DNA of 63,992 nucleotides, the filler included, from Octopus bimaculoides (Eukaryota), in NCBI RefSeq assembly GCF_001194135.2. It is 7 parts of 7 records of this genome, joined end to end, with 100 filler letters (N's around TTAATTAATTAA, not from the genome) between each part and the next. Parts side by side here need not be neighbours in the genome. Positions count along the whole stretch, not along the records: positions 1 to 30,424 come from NC_068997.1; 6 more parts are not named here. One strand, written 5' to 3'. The translations under genes were made by a program, and so were the position numbers. Of the stretch, positions 1 to 13,200 are shown piece after piece. The notes below the pieces were generated by a model. It worked only from the letters and a program-made list of their open reading frames with translations. It had not been told where the DNA came from and did not search any database. Position 1 is the stretch's first letter; each line of letters starts with the position of its first letter.

Positions 1-46
1 ATGCTTTGCTAAAATTGCCGTTTCTTTTCAGATATCATCAGATAAA

Positions 47-1032
47 ATGACAGACCTATCGGACTTTCAAAGAGGTCAAATTGTTGGTGCTCGTATGCCA
101 GGCGCTAGCGTAACGTAAACAGCCGAAATGCTTCGTGTATCGAGCAGTACTGTTTCGAAAGTAACGACAGCCTTTGAGAAAGAGAGAAAAACCTCCTCGT
201 CGAAACAAAACTCTGGAAGAAAACCAAAACTTTCAGATAAGTACCGTCGAAGTCTTACGCGAATTGTTAGTAAGGATCACAAAAGTTCAGCACCCAAAAT
301 TACTGCAGATCTTAATGACCACCTTGACCACAAAAACTGTTCGCCGGGAGCTTCGCAAAGCCGGAATTCACGGGAGGGCTGCAATCAGAAAACTGCTACT
401 TGCAAAAGCAAACGTTGGAAAGCGTTTAGAGTGGAGTAAAAACCTACAGAATTGGTCCCTAGAGCAGTCGAAGAATGTTATTTTCTCGGACGAGTCATCT
501 TTTACCCTATTTCTGACCCCCGGCCGACTATACGTGTGGAGACAGTCAAAAGAAACATTTGACCCAGACTGCCTTCTTCCAACTGTTAAATATGGAGGAG
601 GATCTGTGATGATCTGGGGGCTATATCTTGAAAATCCGCCGGCCCAATAGTTTCCCTTCATGGGAGAATTAATAGTCAAGACTATTTAATCATTTTATCT
701 GATCAAATTCATCCTATGGTTGCGGAACTGTTTCTGAAGGGAATGCAATATATCAGGATGATAATGCATCAATTCACACAACTAAAGTTGTTACTGAATG
801 ACATGAGTAACATTCTATTGAAGTTGAACATCTTATCTGGCCACCACAGTTCTCAGATCTCAATATTATTGAACAATTATGGTGCATTTTAGAAAAAACT
901 TGTAAGAAGTCGATATCCTCCACCATCATTACTACAAAAAGTGGAGACTATTTAAGCTGAATAACAGACAAAAATTCCTTTGGAAACAATTCTAACTTTG
1001 TACGAGTCCATACCTCGTAGAATTCAGGCTGT
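47..1032 (+). mobile_element. Decayed Tc1-family transposase (DD36E spacing), with stops and frameshifts; no TIR seen
   Basis: ATG at 47 gives MTDLSDFQRGQIVGARMPGASVT*TAEML (Tc1 HTH start), then GRKPKLS, IFSDESSF (first D at 489), KYGGGSVMIWG, QDDNASIH...WPPQFSDLNIIE and ESIPRRIQAV. D at 760 to E at 871 is 36 intervening codons. Confidence 0.93.
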
Positions 1033-1429
1033 ATGTACATCTACACATTTACACCCACCCACACAAAGGTATTATTAATACATACATGCATAGGTACAAA
1101 AATTGATAGCAAACCAAAATGTTCGATTTGCGGTTAAGAGGTTCCAGGTTCGATTCAAACGCACGGTACCCGGAGAAATTGTTTTCTAGTGGTACTTCGG
1201 GTTGGCCCAAAAGGTGGCAAGTGAAATTTCATGTATGATAATTATGCAAGAATCAGTAGTACACACATGCACACAAGTACACACAGGTGCCAGTTGTGTT
1301 TTTATTTTTATTTCCTATGCATTCAGAAACTGCCATCGAATGCCTCAAAATCCTATCTCTATATAGTAATTGGCTATATAAATGTAGGTTAGCTGATTTC
1401 CTTTGTTACATTTTACATCATACTTTTTT

Positions 1430-1620
1430 TTTTATTTATTCCAGTCATTAGACTGCGGCCATGCTGGTGTACTCCCTTGAAGAAATTTATTCGAACGCAT
1501 CAACCCCTGTACATATTTTTATAAAGCCTGATACTTATTCTATTGGCCTTTTTTGTCGAACTACTAAGTTAAGGGACATAAGCACACCGGTTGTTAAGCA
1601 GTGTTGGAAAGCAGACACGC
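1430..1620 (-). mobile_element. 3' half of CORE-like tRNA SINE (family A), degraded
   Basis: Matches the 3' half of the near-intact copies at 33241-33697 and 45613-45968 (gactgcggccatgctgg, acttattcta, ggttgt). Confidence 0.75.
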
Positions 1621-1859
1621 ACACATACACACAAACACACACACACATACACTCACACGTACACGCACACACGCGCGTGCGCGACGGTTTTATTTGAGTT
1701 CCCATTCAAAAAGCTTTGGTCAGCATTTAACCTCCTCTGTATTAACCCCCTTCTGAAGTCACAGAATTTACTCAGAGTTGTTTCCATTCATGGAAGTATT
1801 CCTGGAACTACTTTGTGGGAGATAGCGAGCATCTACCCCGTGACATTCTCTGAGATTTC

Positions 1860-2020
1860 CTCAACGTTCTGAGTTCAAATACCACCAAAGTCAACTCAGT
1901 CTTTCATCGTTTTGGGATCGATAAAATAAGTACCAGTAGAGCACTGAGGCTGATGTAATCAACTTACCCTCCCTCCCCCCGAGCTTGCTGGTCTTGTGCC
2001 AACAATTTGAACCAATATTA
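1860..2020 (+). mobile_element. SINE family B remnant (3' part)
   Basis: ttctgagttcaaat...ctttcatc...gatcgataaaataagtaccag...gtcttgtgcc matches the copy at 12938-13150. Confidence 0.75.
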
Positions 2021-2123
2021 AAATATGATGTCTCTCTCACTTTGCACGATTTCGATTTGCAGCACGACTGGTGGAACCAACACACTGTGTACACCGAGAG
2101 ACAGTAAATCCTATTTACATGCA

Positions 2124-2238
<115 letters not shown>

Positions 2239-3494
2239 ATACACGCATATATTTATATGAATGCGGTTATACCTATATAATTTACTGAGGCTGCACACCA
2301 TCGCACTCCACCAATCAGAAGCTCGCTATGATCGAAAACATTGCAACCTATTTAGCAAGACTGCTATAAGGTCTATTTTAAACATTTCTGATACGACTTC
2401 CGCAGATTATTTATCTAATCACACTGATAATAATCATCGAAACCTTAAGAATATTATAGCTTTCGTTTCTTCCCCCCCCCCACCTCTCCTACCACGGACG
2501 CCAACGCAGCTCTAAAGTAACTTCATTATTTCACAAAATTTTCCCGAACAATACAAATGGCTAATTCCTCCAGCCCCACACCTACCACATCCCTCCAACA
2601 TCTCCTTCCTTCTCATTCTTCTCCACCTCCTTCCAACCCACCTTCTTAAAAATTTATGAATGAGTAGTAATCGTGACAAAAAAAAAAGAGAGAAAAGAAA
2701 TAATCCTGTGTAAAAGACTGGTATAAAAACGTCAACAACAATATCTATGGAAAGAACCATTACAAACGAACAAGAAGAAGAAGAAAAAGAAAAAGAAGAA
2801 GAAGAAGAACGAGACGAACGTCAACAACAGCAGGGCAAACTTCAACGAGACAACAACTATGATAATTAGCAACGAAAAATATGTTATACTTGAGATCCTT
2901 AGTAAACAAAAGAGAAATGATTTACTTTATTAATGGTGACCAACTGAAATAAGAAAACTAACAATAAAATAGGATGAAAACATCCAAAGGATAAGTAAAT
3001 AGAATATATAAATGTCAAGAAATAACGAAACAAAATAATAAAGAAAATGAAGAAACAAATAAAATAACGAAGCATAATGACATTTGTTTTATGAAGTTTT
3101 AATGGCTGATACTTCAAAAGATAGAGTAGCAATTGATCGAGAAGGGTTTATTGTGTAGCAGATCACGAAAATGGCGGTGTTCCGTCTAAATAATGTAATG
3201 TAAAGGTAAGACAGCTAACATTGTATAATGAAGTAATGATGCTGCGCGTGTTTCAGTCGTGCTTGGAGAGGCGTTGGAAGATTCAGTCTGTATATCACTT
3301 AATTATTATCTAGATAGGCTATGCAGTTTCTTATTCTCTTTCTCCTTCTAGTCATATCAACTACACTGCTTTATGAATACACAACTACGTACATAAAACA
3401 CTCTTTCAGACGCATGCATTTATTAAACTCCATGAAATCATCACTACACAAACATAGTGAGACACAGACGAACAATTGTAGATACATATAATTG

Positions 3495-3555
<61 letters not shown>

Positions 3556-3954
3556 GCATACATACACACATACATACTCACCAATACACACACCTGCACA
3601 CCCACACACTCATGCCAAATATATACTCGCATGATATACTAATATATGAGAAATAACCTATCACAATGCTTTCAATGGTTGATATTGAGATGACGTCATT
3701 TCCTGTTGACAAAAAATAATCACTGTTGACGTAATTTTCCTTTATTCTCATATTGTTTATACTTTAGAAAGAATTCTTCGTTTACCAGAAATATCAGACG
3801 AAATATATAGAATCTGTCCAACCCTTTGTTCTTTGGTTGTCTTTATAAAGTGGAAGAGCGAAATATCAGCCCCGAGGAAGGACATCATCGTAACTAACTT
3901 TTCTCGTGTTCAGAATAGAATCAAAGTCATCGAGCCAATAGAACTGCCATTAAT

Positions 3955-4140
3955 ACAGTGATGCAGTGGTTTTATGGCTGCGTCCTTTTTGCGTCCTGAG
4001 TTCAAATCTAGCCAGGTTAATTTCAATTTACAACGTTTCGAGACCGATAAAATAAAGTACCAGTCCCCTACTGGGCTCAATGTAATCACTGATACTAATT
4101 TCTCATACGTGAGGCTTTGTGTTTGTTCGAAATCAATAAT
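3955..4140 (+). mobile_element. SINE family B remnant, degraded
   Basis: ctgagttcaaatct...gataaaataaagtaccagtc...ctgggctcaatgtaatc...ggctttgtg. Confidence 0.65.
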
Positions 4141-5168
4141 TATAAAGTATTGCTCCAGCGTTAAAATGTTTTGTGGTATCTGCATACAGTTTGTAAAGCC
4201 TACAAGCGAAACTCAAGGTAACTGTTTTCATTTTCCAGCCAAAATAATTTATTTTCTCTGCTTAGAGTTCTGAGTTGATGTTTCAAGATTTTTTTGTAAA
4301 TAACATAAAAAAAGTTTCCTTGTTTACTGTGTATTTTGTGGCTGAGTNNNNNNNNNNNNNNNNNNNNNNNNNNNNNNNNNNNNNNNNNNNNNNNNNNNNN
4401 NNNNNNNNNNNNNNNNNNNNNNNNNNNNNNNNNNNNNNNNNNNNNNNNNNNNNNNNNNNNNNNNNNNNNNNNNNNNNNNNNNNNNNNNNNNNNNNNNNNN
4501 NNNNNNNNNNNNNNNNNNNNNNNNNNNNNNNNNNNNNNNNNNNNNNNNNNNNNNNNNNNNNNNNNNNNNNNNNNNNNNNNNNNNNNNNNNNNNNNNNNNN
4601 NNNNNNNNNNNNNNNNNNNNNNNNNNNNNNNNNNNNNNNNNNNNNNNNNNNNNNNNNNNNNNNNNNNNNNNNNNNNNNNNNNNNNNNNNNNNNNNNNNNN
4701 NNNNNNNNNNNNNNNNNNNNNNNNNNNNNNNNNNNNNNNNNNNNNNNNNNNNNNNNNNNNNNNNNNNNNNNNNNNNNNNNNNNNNNNNNNNNNNNNNNNN
4801 NNNNNNNNNNNNNNNNNNNNNNNNNNNNNNNNNNNNNNNNNNNNNNNNNNNNNNNNNNNNNNNNNNNNNNNNNNNNNNNNNNNNNNNNNNNNNNNNNNNN
4901 NNNNNNNNNNNNNNNNNNNNNNNNNNNNNNNNNNNNNNNNNNNNNNNNNNNNNNNNNNNNNNNNNNNNNNNNNNNNNNNNNNNNNNNNNNNNNNNNNNNN
5001 NNNNNNNNNNNNNNNNNNNNNNNNNNNNNNNNNNNNNNNNNNNNNNNNNNNNNNNNNNNNNNNNNNNNNNNNNNNNNNNNNNNNNNNNNNNNNNNNNNNN
5101 NNNNNNNNNNNNNNNNNNNNNNNNNNNNNNNNNNNNNNNNNNNNNNNNNNNNNNNNNNNNNNNNNNNN

Positions 5169-5402
5169 CTTTTAATTTAGATAGAGAATATAAATAGTTT
5201 CTTACAAGTGTCTCTAGAATAGCCAACCATGTGGATCATAATATTAATGAAGGACTCCTATAAGCTAGGTATTTTGTCATATATATATCTGCTGACAAAA
5301 TACCTAGCTTATGGAGTCCTTCATTAATATTATGATCCACATGGTTGGCTATTCTAGAGACACTTGTAAGAAACTATTTATATTCTCTATCTAAATTAAA
5401 AG
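5169..5402. repeat. Near-perfect palindrome (111/110-bp arms, 13-nt spacer) abutting an N gap
   Basis: 5169-5279 is the reverse complement of 5293-5402 except for one indel (ctcctataagc vs gcttatggag). Confidence 0.92.
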
Positions 5403-5564
5403 TTTTCGAGTGATGCTAAATGTACTTTTTCATTCTTTATTGTAATCTATATACATATATTTACATAATATATATATGCATATTTACACACACACACAAA
5501 CACACACATATATTGTTGCTTATTTAGATTTTAATCACCTTATTTTGAAACTGTATGGATATTA

Positions 5565-6262
5565 CCATGGAAATACGTGCTGTGCTGCTTGGCATTCGCG
5601 CCGGAAGCTTCAATACGATATTTCAGAATGTTTGGGTGTCAAACGGAGGGCAGTGCAATCTGAGGACATGTACCAAGAGTGATAAAAATCAAACATCCAC
5701 TCAACATCTTGGTGTTTGGAGTGATCATTAGTGATGGCGACGTTATGCTTCCATTCATCTTCCCATGCGGTGTCAGACTCAAGAGGAGGCCTACATTCAC
5801 TCTGGTGGAGGTAGTGCTGCCCTGAGTCATGAGAGTGGCTGCTGGAAGACCCTGCCTGGCAAGAAGACTCTGCACCATGCCACACAAGCTAGAGATCCTA
5901 GTCATGGCTGTCAGACAATTTCTGCGACCGCGTCACACCTAACATCTGGCCACCTAACTCCCCAGACTGCAATCCTCTTCATTATTATGTGTGGGGCGCA
6001 GTTGAGCGAGAGATTAACAAAACTGCTTGCAACACGTAACATGAACTAAAGGCAAAGACAATGGCAACATTCACCGTCTTAAACAAGGAGACCGTCCAAA
6101 AGGATTGCAGGAGATTCCGAAGTTGTCTGGAGGCAGGGGTTCAAGCCAATAACGATTTTATTGAATAAATGTACTCTTAAGTATTTCAAGATATGTGATT
6201 TTGGTAAATATATCTGTTAAAATGAGACGTCAGTGTGATTTTCATTTTTGCGTAATTTAGAC
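5565..6262 (+). mobile_element. Internally deleted DD37D (maT/Bmmar1-like) Tc1/mariner element, copy 1
   Basis: GIRAGS N-terminal remnant joined to KIKHPLNILVFGVIISDGDVML, DSAPCH...WPPNSPDCNPLHYYVWG and ending DFIE*. D at 5866 to the third-D position at 5980 is 37 codons. The 3' end matches 18245-18300 (reverse complement). Confidence 0.9.
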
Positions 6263-6282
6263 AACAGTTTAGAAAAAAAAGT

Positions 6283-6536
6283 GACAAGTAATACAAAGAA
6301 TGACCGTCCATCAGTTGTCACCTGTCTATCCACTCCCCATTTCGAGCAATCAACGAAGATGTGAGTCTTCAAAGATAGTTGCTCCAATCGAAATGGGGAG
6401 TAGATAGACATCCGACAACTAATGAAAGGTCATTCTACAAATTACTTGTCCCTTTTCTCTCTCGTTATTTGCGTATTTAACTCATTTGTTTTCGTATTTC
6501 ATGTTATTTACTGTAGATGACGACCTGTACTCGTAT
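6283..6536. repeat. Two copies of a short interspersed repeat in inverted (head-to-head) arrangement
   Basis: 6283-6345 is the imperfect reverse complement of 6388-6450. 6283-6385 (minus) and 6388-6536 (plus) both align to 7324-7514. Confidence 0.88.
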
Positions 6537-7323
6537 ATGCATATATATATATATATATATANNNNNNNNNNNNNNNNNNNNNNNNNNNNNNNNNNNNNNN
6601 NNNNNNNNNNNNNNNNNNNNNNNNNNNNNNNNNNNNNNNNNNNNNNNNNNNNNNNNNNNNNNNNNNNNNNNNNNNNNNNNNNNNNNNNNNNNNNNNNNNN
6701 NNNNNNNNNNNNNNNNNNNNNNNNNNNNNNNNNNNNNNNNNNNNNNNNNNNNNNNNNNNNNNNNNNNNNNNNNNNNNNNNNNNNNNNNNNNNNNNNNNNN
6801 NNNNNNNNNNNNNNNNNNNNNNNNNNNNNNNNNNNNNNNNNNNNNNNNNNNNNNNNNNNNNNNNNNNNNNNNNNNNNNNNNNNNNNNNNNNNNNNNNTTT
6901 ATATTATTATTTAAATGAACGGTACGCATTCATTTCCAGGTAAGTTTATTTTTGATGCGAGTCTACTCTATACTTTTTCTCCCCTATCCTCTCTAATTCC
7001 TATTTTCTTCCATTCACTGTTTTCTATTTGTCTCCCTCTCTCGTTGCTCACACGTAATCATTGTCCATCTTTCTTTTCCTCACGTGACCATCTTTCTTTC
7101 CTGCACGAACGTTCTAAGGACTGGACGTCTCCTATATCTCTCTCTTCTATCTTTTCTTTTTTCAAAGAAAATATTTCTCTCAGCGTTCACTATTTTCCTC
7201 TCGTTCAGGTCTAACGACCCTCTAAATTTGTTTTCGTTCGGTTTCCCTATATGTCTTGACTATCTTGTTTTTATTCCTAACTTTGACCCTTTATAAATCC
7301 AAAATTTTATTTTGATATTTATA

Positions 7324-7514
7324 GGAGCAACTGTCTTCGAAGACTCATATTATCGTTGAATGCTCGAAATGAGGAGTAGATAGACAGCAGACAACTGATG
7401 AAAGGTCATTCTTTGTATTACTTGTCCCTTTTTTTCTCTCTCATTATTTGCGTATTTAACTCATTTGTTTTCGTATTTCATGTTATTTACTGTTGATGAC
7501 GACCTATACCCGTA
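7324..7514 (+). repeat. Third copy of the same unclassified repeat
   Basis: ggagcaactgtcttcgaagactc...tcgaaatgaggagtagatagac...tatttgcgtatttaactcatttgttttcgtatttcatg shared with 6283-6536. Confidence 0.85.
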
Positions 7515-7553
7515 TTATTATTATTTAATTGAACGCCACGCATCCGTTTTCAA

Positions 7554-7602
<49 letters not shown>

Positions 7603-10600
7603 ATAAATGATTTTGATAGAGAAAGTGTTTGTGACTAACTATTACTTTTGATCCTCTGTTCTTTCTTATCATCCTGCTATATATACAAACTTTGTATCTC
7701 CTCATCAAAATCAAAAATGTTGATCGTACTATAGTGACCATCACTAAGTTATTTTTTCTTTTACTTTTTGGTATTGAAATGATTAAAATTTAAACTTCGA
7801 ATTTTGGCTGACAAATTGTTTCTCTGTTTAACACTGAGTGATATACTTTTTAAGAGAGTTTAAAATATTGATATTTGAATACCAGTTATTTCACTCCTCT
7901 TTGATGTAAATTCTGAATACTTACAATATTTTATTTGTTTGATGTTAATATCCAATAAAACAGCTTAAATTAAATTTGTATATTTTTATGTAATTTTTTC
8001 ATGACGTAAAATTTCGTTCTAGTTCTTCTCAATTTAATACACCATTAATCATGGTATATGGATTATGTTTGTTGTTAAGAATTTTTCCTTTTAAATAATA
8101 TTGATTCATTAACCTACGTTTCTTTATATTTAATTTCCACAGTTACACCCGAAACTAATGATTCAATAAATTTTAATAGATGATGATTGTGAGGATAATA
8201 ACGAGAAACGAAATTAATTAAGCGCTAAATTTAGAATTGTTCAGTCTCTTATCTATATACTTACCTTTACATATTCTTTCATTTACTTTGCCTAAATTAA
8301 GTATTTAATATTCATCGTTTGTTTAACGGCATAACCCTTTAACTATTTTCATTAAACTTAAATCATAAAGCTACCCACAATATAATATTCCAGTATTTCT
8401 CACGGAAAGATGATGATTCAATAAAATTTTTCACTAACCACTCATGTTTTTACATATGTGTTTCCATATTTTAATTAATTTATCGCATTTAACTTAAAGT
8501 TTGAAGGTTGAGTATATAAAACAGAATCTTTATGAGATTATATGTAATAAATATAAACTCTTAAGGATAATATATGCTACACTGGGTTACCTGCTCATTT
8601 GAGATATTAAACCTTCCTCAAACAACATAATTCACCTTCAGAAGTTGGGATATTTGAAAACTATACAAACGCGTTGCCATATTACACTGTGTAACAAAGT
8701 TTTAATTTTGTCTTTTTTTGTCTTTGGTCAGTAAGTGTTATTTTCTACTTGCGTGATAAGGAAATCATCGTACGTTTAAATAGATAATTATTTAGTATAA
8801 GCGTACAATGGATGAACAGTGGATTTATTCTCGGAAGTTTCAAAATTATTAAAATCAACTTCCTTAATCAAGGTAAAAATATTTCTGCAGAAGATTTGGC
8901 TATAAGCATTGTGTAAAGAGAAAAAAAAAACTGGACAAAGACATTATATAACATTATATCATTTATAAAATGTGATATGAACATAACCATAAATATCATT
9001 AGCGAAGCAATTTTTTGCTTTACTAATTATATTTATGGTTATATTTATATCACAACCTTTATAAAAGATGTAATGCTATATATACACGTGTTTGTTCATC
9101 TCTTGTCTTTTTAAACTTTTATATATATAAAAATGAGTTTCCTACTGCAACGCCAGTAAAAGTGTAAGTAGTAGTAAAACAAAACAATTAGGTAATGGAA
9201 TATTATGTCCCCTCTATTTGCAAACAATTGTATAGAAAAAAAAAAACTCACATTCCACCAGAAAGACGATTACAAATACGAAAATCGCATTATTAACACT
9301 GGTTATTTCGGACACAGAGTAATACAGTCTTTATTCACTATATTTTAATTTCATCTAATGAGGAAATAATAATGATAATTGTTTCAGAGTAAATAAATAT
9401 GTCACATTTCATTAACGTTGAAAAACAAACTTAAACATAAAAAATAATTTAAATTCGATTTACTCAGTATATACAAATCTAAATTACTTTAAAAAATAAA
9501 ACAACAAAACTACAACAAAAAGAGTTACGATTTAAATCTGGAGAGAGAAAGTAACATTCTAAACGGACAGATTAATAGCAATGCTTTCCTTTCCAAATAA
9601 TTATCTCGTACTTTACAGCTTTTATAGCCATTGACGATGCGTTAAATTCTCGCTCTTTTTTATATTTCCTTTTTGTGGTGTGTAATTTTTGTACTGCTGG
9701 TTTAATGTTCTGTAATAATTCAGATTCTTGATTGCCCCTTTTGCATAGATATTTAAAACCTTAATAGGATGGAACCGAGCTTTGATTTTAATTTTCTTCG
9801 AATAAAAACGTTAATATTTATCGATATACTAGCTCTACGGGAATGAAGTACGACGACCATATTATCGGGGATATATTTGGTATAACAGATCATTTTAGGC
9901 CAGGTGTTGGGTTACTATGCAAAATTACTGACGATGTATTTCCATACAGCTAACGATATAATCAATTACAAGTATTATTATTATCATTATTGAGTGAGAG
10001 ATCAGTGCATGCCACCAAAGTGACACTAGCGTAAAATATACGAAGCCCAGTACACCCATCATGACTACTCGTCTGATAAGAGTACACCAGGCACATGCGT
10101 CACAACCATATGTACGCGACATGGTAATCTTATATCAAAACCTAGCAGGTGGGGCCTAGTTAGAATTTTCTTCAGATCGAGTAGCCCTTCCCGCTCAAAC
10201 GGTCCTTGAATAAGAGTCGTTAAAGATGTTGAACAAAATACCCATGTTTCCAAAGGTAAGTTATTCAAACCCCCAAGAATTCCTCTCAACACATGGTTAT
10301 GATGCTCCCCCACTACTTCTGCTCATGATTAGAGATGCACATATTGTCAGCCACCAAGGTACATGCTCAACTGTTTAAGGTCAAACAACTAAAANNNNNN
10401 NNNNNNNNNNNNNNNNNNNNNNNNNNNNNNNNNNNNNNNNNNNNNNNNNNNNNNNNNNNNNNNNNNNNNNNNNNNNNNNNNNNNNNNNNNNNNNNNNNNN
10501 NNNNNNNNNNNNNNNNNNNNNNNNNNNNNNNNNNNNNNNNNNNNNNNNNNNNNNNNNNNNNNNNNNNNNNNNNNNNNNNNNNNNNNNNNNNNNNNNNNNN

Positions 10601-11163
10601 NNNNNATATATATATATATATATATATAAAACATCTAGTAGGATTGTCAACCAAGACTGCAGAGTTCTGACTATTCTTAAGTTGAGCCTGTTCCCTTTGC
10701 ATTTCTGTGTGTTGGGGACCACGATCTTGATTCTCACTAGGAGACAGGTGGGCATCAGTTGGTCCCATATCTTCATCCAAATATTGCTCCGGAGTTAAGT
10801 ACCGATTTGCGGTTCATTCGTCTTCATCCTAAGCATGGAGCTGTTGGACACTGACAGGTTGTCCCCACTGTGACTAAGGATTCCTATCTATCCTAGGTTT
10901 AAATCAGAGTGTTCCTTCTCCTAGACAGGCTGCCGACCAAGGCTAAGAGTTCTGTCAAACTGTTTTCGGAATGACCATTGACTCTTCTGAGTTCCTCTGC
11001 ACTTTGCCAGGTTTTGTTTTTAATCCCACATGGCGTCTAAAATCCACCCTCCTCACAAAGCAAGCTTAGTGGGGTTGCCGGTTCAGTCACCGACGACTCG
11101 ACGGTTTCACAATGCCGCTTGTTAATCATTCTGGGTATAATTATAATTTCACTATCATAACTT

Positions 11164-11195
<32 letters not shown>

Positions 11196-11980
11196 TAGTC
11201 CCTATCTTATTATTTACTTGTTCACTACCTTAGTTTCACAATTATTACTCTACATATATTATTACTAGAACGCTGAGAGGTCCTGATATTGTTTCCCCTG
11301 ATTTCTTTAGCCGAATAATGGCAGATTCACGGCTGTTGGTTTAGCTACTGCTGACAGTGCAGCGTTAAATAGAAAAGTGGTTTTGTTGTGTCTACTAATA
11401 TAGGGTGTTTGATTGACTGGCGGTGGATTGGGGGCGAGCGGTAGGGGATTTTCGAGAGTAGCGTCGACAAGTTGGAACTAGCATAGCTAAGATATTATAA
11501 TTTATAAACAACATCTCAATGTTAAAAAAAAAAATCTATAGTGTAAAACACCACATCGTATTTTCGATAAAGGAATATATCTGTGGAAAATCACATCGTA
11601 CTTAAGATATTAAAAAATAATCTATAAACACCTCAAGGTTCTAGCAAACATAGAAGGTAATGGAAAAGCTTACACATTTTTGAGGAAAGCTGTTAAATCC
11701 CATCCTATCGTGTGACTGCCTACAGCAGCACTGAGAATCAATTGGAAGAGGAGGGGGTAGCGAGAGTGGGGACGAAGAGGAAGCAGGCAGGTAAGCTCGC
11801 CAAAATTCCAGCGTGGGGATGAATTTGTGTATAGAAATCTAGATTTTGTGGGGAGGACCTAGCATAGCTAAGATTTTAAAATTTAGGAAATTATTGACAG
11901 TAGCGTCGTAGTTGGCACTAGGATAGCAAAGATAAAGAAATTTATAAGCAACATCTCAAAGTTTTATTATTATTATTATT

Positions 11981-12254
<274 letters not shown>

Positions 12255-12272
12255 TTATTATTATTATTATTA

Positions 12273-12503
12273 TTTTATGTTTGACTTTTGTTTTGCATTT
12301 GTACAAGTTGGATCCAAGTCTCACCCAGAGACCTCAAGAGACAACAAGTTAGAAGTTCATGTAGGTGTTATGCCTAGGGTACCATATATTTGGATTTGTA
12401 CAGTTTTGTTCAAGTGAATGTTTAAGAAACCATAAGAAAATTATGTTTGCTTTAAAATTTGAGATCACATAGACAGTATTTTACGTAGGATATGGGCAGT
12501 TCC

Positions 12504-12506
<3 letters not shown>
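12273..12506 (-). mobile_element. 3' end of R4/Dong LINE family 2, copy 2, retaining the ORF C-terminus
   Basis: Minus strand 12506-12465 reads MGTAHILRKILSM*, the typical R4/Dong GTAxILRK C-terminus, followed by a 3' UTR and (AAT)n. Confidence 0.82.
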
Positions 12507-12556
<50 letters not shown>

Positions 12557-12558
<2 letters not shown>

Positions 12559-12766
12559 TTACATTTGACTTTTGCTTTACATTTGTACAAGTTGGCTCCA
12601 AGTCTCACTAAGAGACCTCAAGAGACAACAAGTTAGATGTTCATGTTGATGTTATGCCTAGGGTGCCATATATTTGATTTTGTACATAGTGTTGTTCTAG
12701 AGAATGTTTAAGAAACCATAAGAAAATTGTGTTTGTTTTAAAACTTGAGATTACATAGAAAGTATT
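12557..12766 (-). mobile_element. 3' end of R4/Dong LINE family 2, copy 3
   Basis: Aligns to copy 2 through the stop-codon region, with (ATT)n on both sides. Confidence 0.8.
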
Positions 12767-12775
12767 ATTATTATT

Positions 12776-12806
<31 letters not shown>

Positions 12807-12809
12807 CTG

Positions 12810-12844
<35 letters not shown>

Positions 12845-12858
12845 CATTATTATTATTA

Positions 12859-12937
<79 letters not shown>

Positions 12938-13150
12938 GGCGGCGAACTGGTAGAATCGTCAGCACGCCGGGCGAAATGTTTAGCGATATTTTGTCTGTCG
13001 CTACGCTCTGAGTTCAAATTCTACCGATGTCGACGTTGCCTTTCATCCTTTCGAAATCGATTAAATAAGTACCAGTTACGCACTGGGGATCAATGTAATC
13101 GATTAGTCCTTTTCGCCAAATTTCAGGCCTTGTGCCTATATTAGAAGGAA
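12938..13150 (+). mobile_element. Full-length tRNA-derived SINE family B with (ATT)n tail
   Basis: ggcggcgaactggtagaatcg (A-box-like), gagttcaaattc (B box), central gcctttcatcctttcg...aagtaccag domain, ATT tail. Confidence 0.9.
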
Positions 13151-13200
13151 TTATTATTATTATTATTATTATTATTATCATTATTATTATTATTATTATT

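Noticed and set aside
3168-3211. YY1-like AAAATGGCGG followed by an AG|GTAAGA donor (possible non-coding first exon)
   Set aside because: Short motifs are expected by chance, the ATG frame stops after 10 codons, and there is no supporting downstream exon.
3767-3960. Open frame after a good acceptor (RILRLPEISDEIYRICP...)
   Set aside because: No recognisable protein and no clear donor, and the end merges into a SINE remnant.
10640-10960. Possible RTE-type LINE 5' fragment (NRLNLRIVRTLQ, resembling TWNVRTL)
   Set aside because: Single weak motif next to a gap; cannot be supported without a database search.
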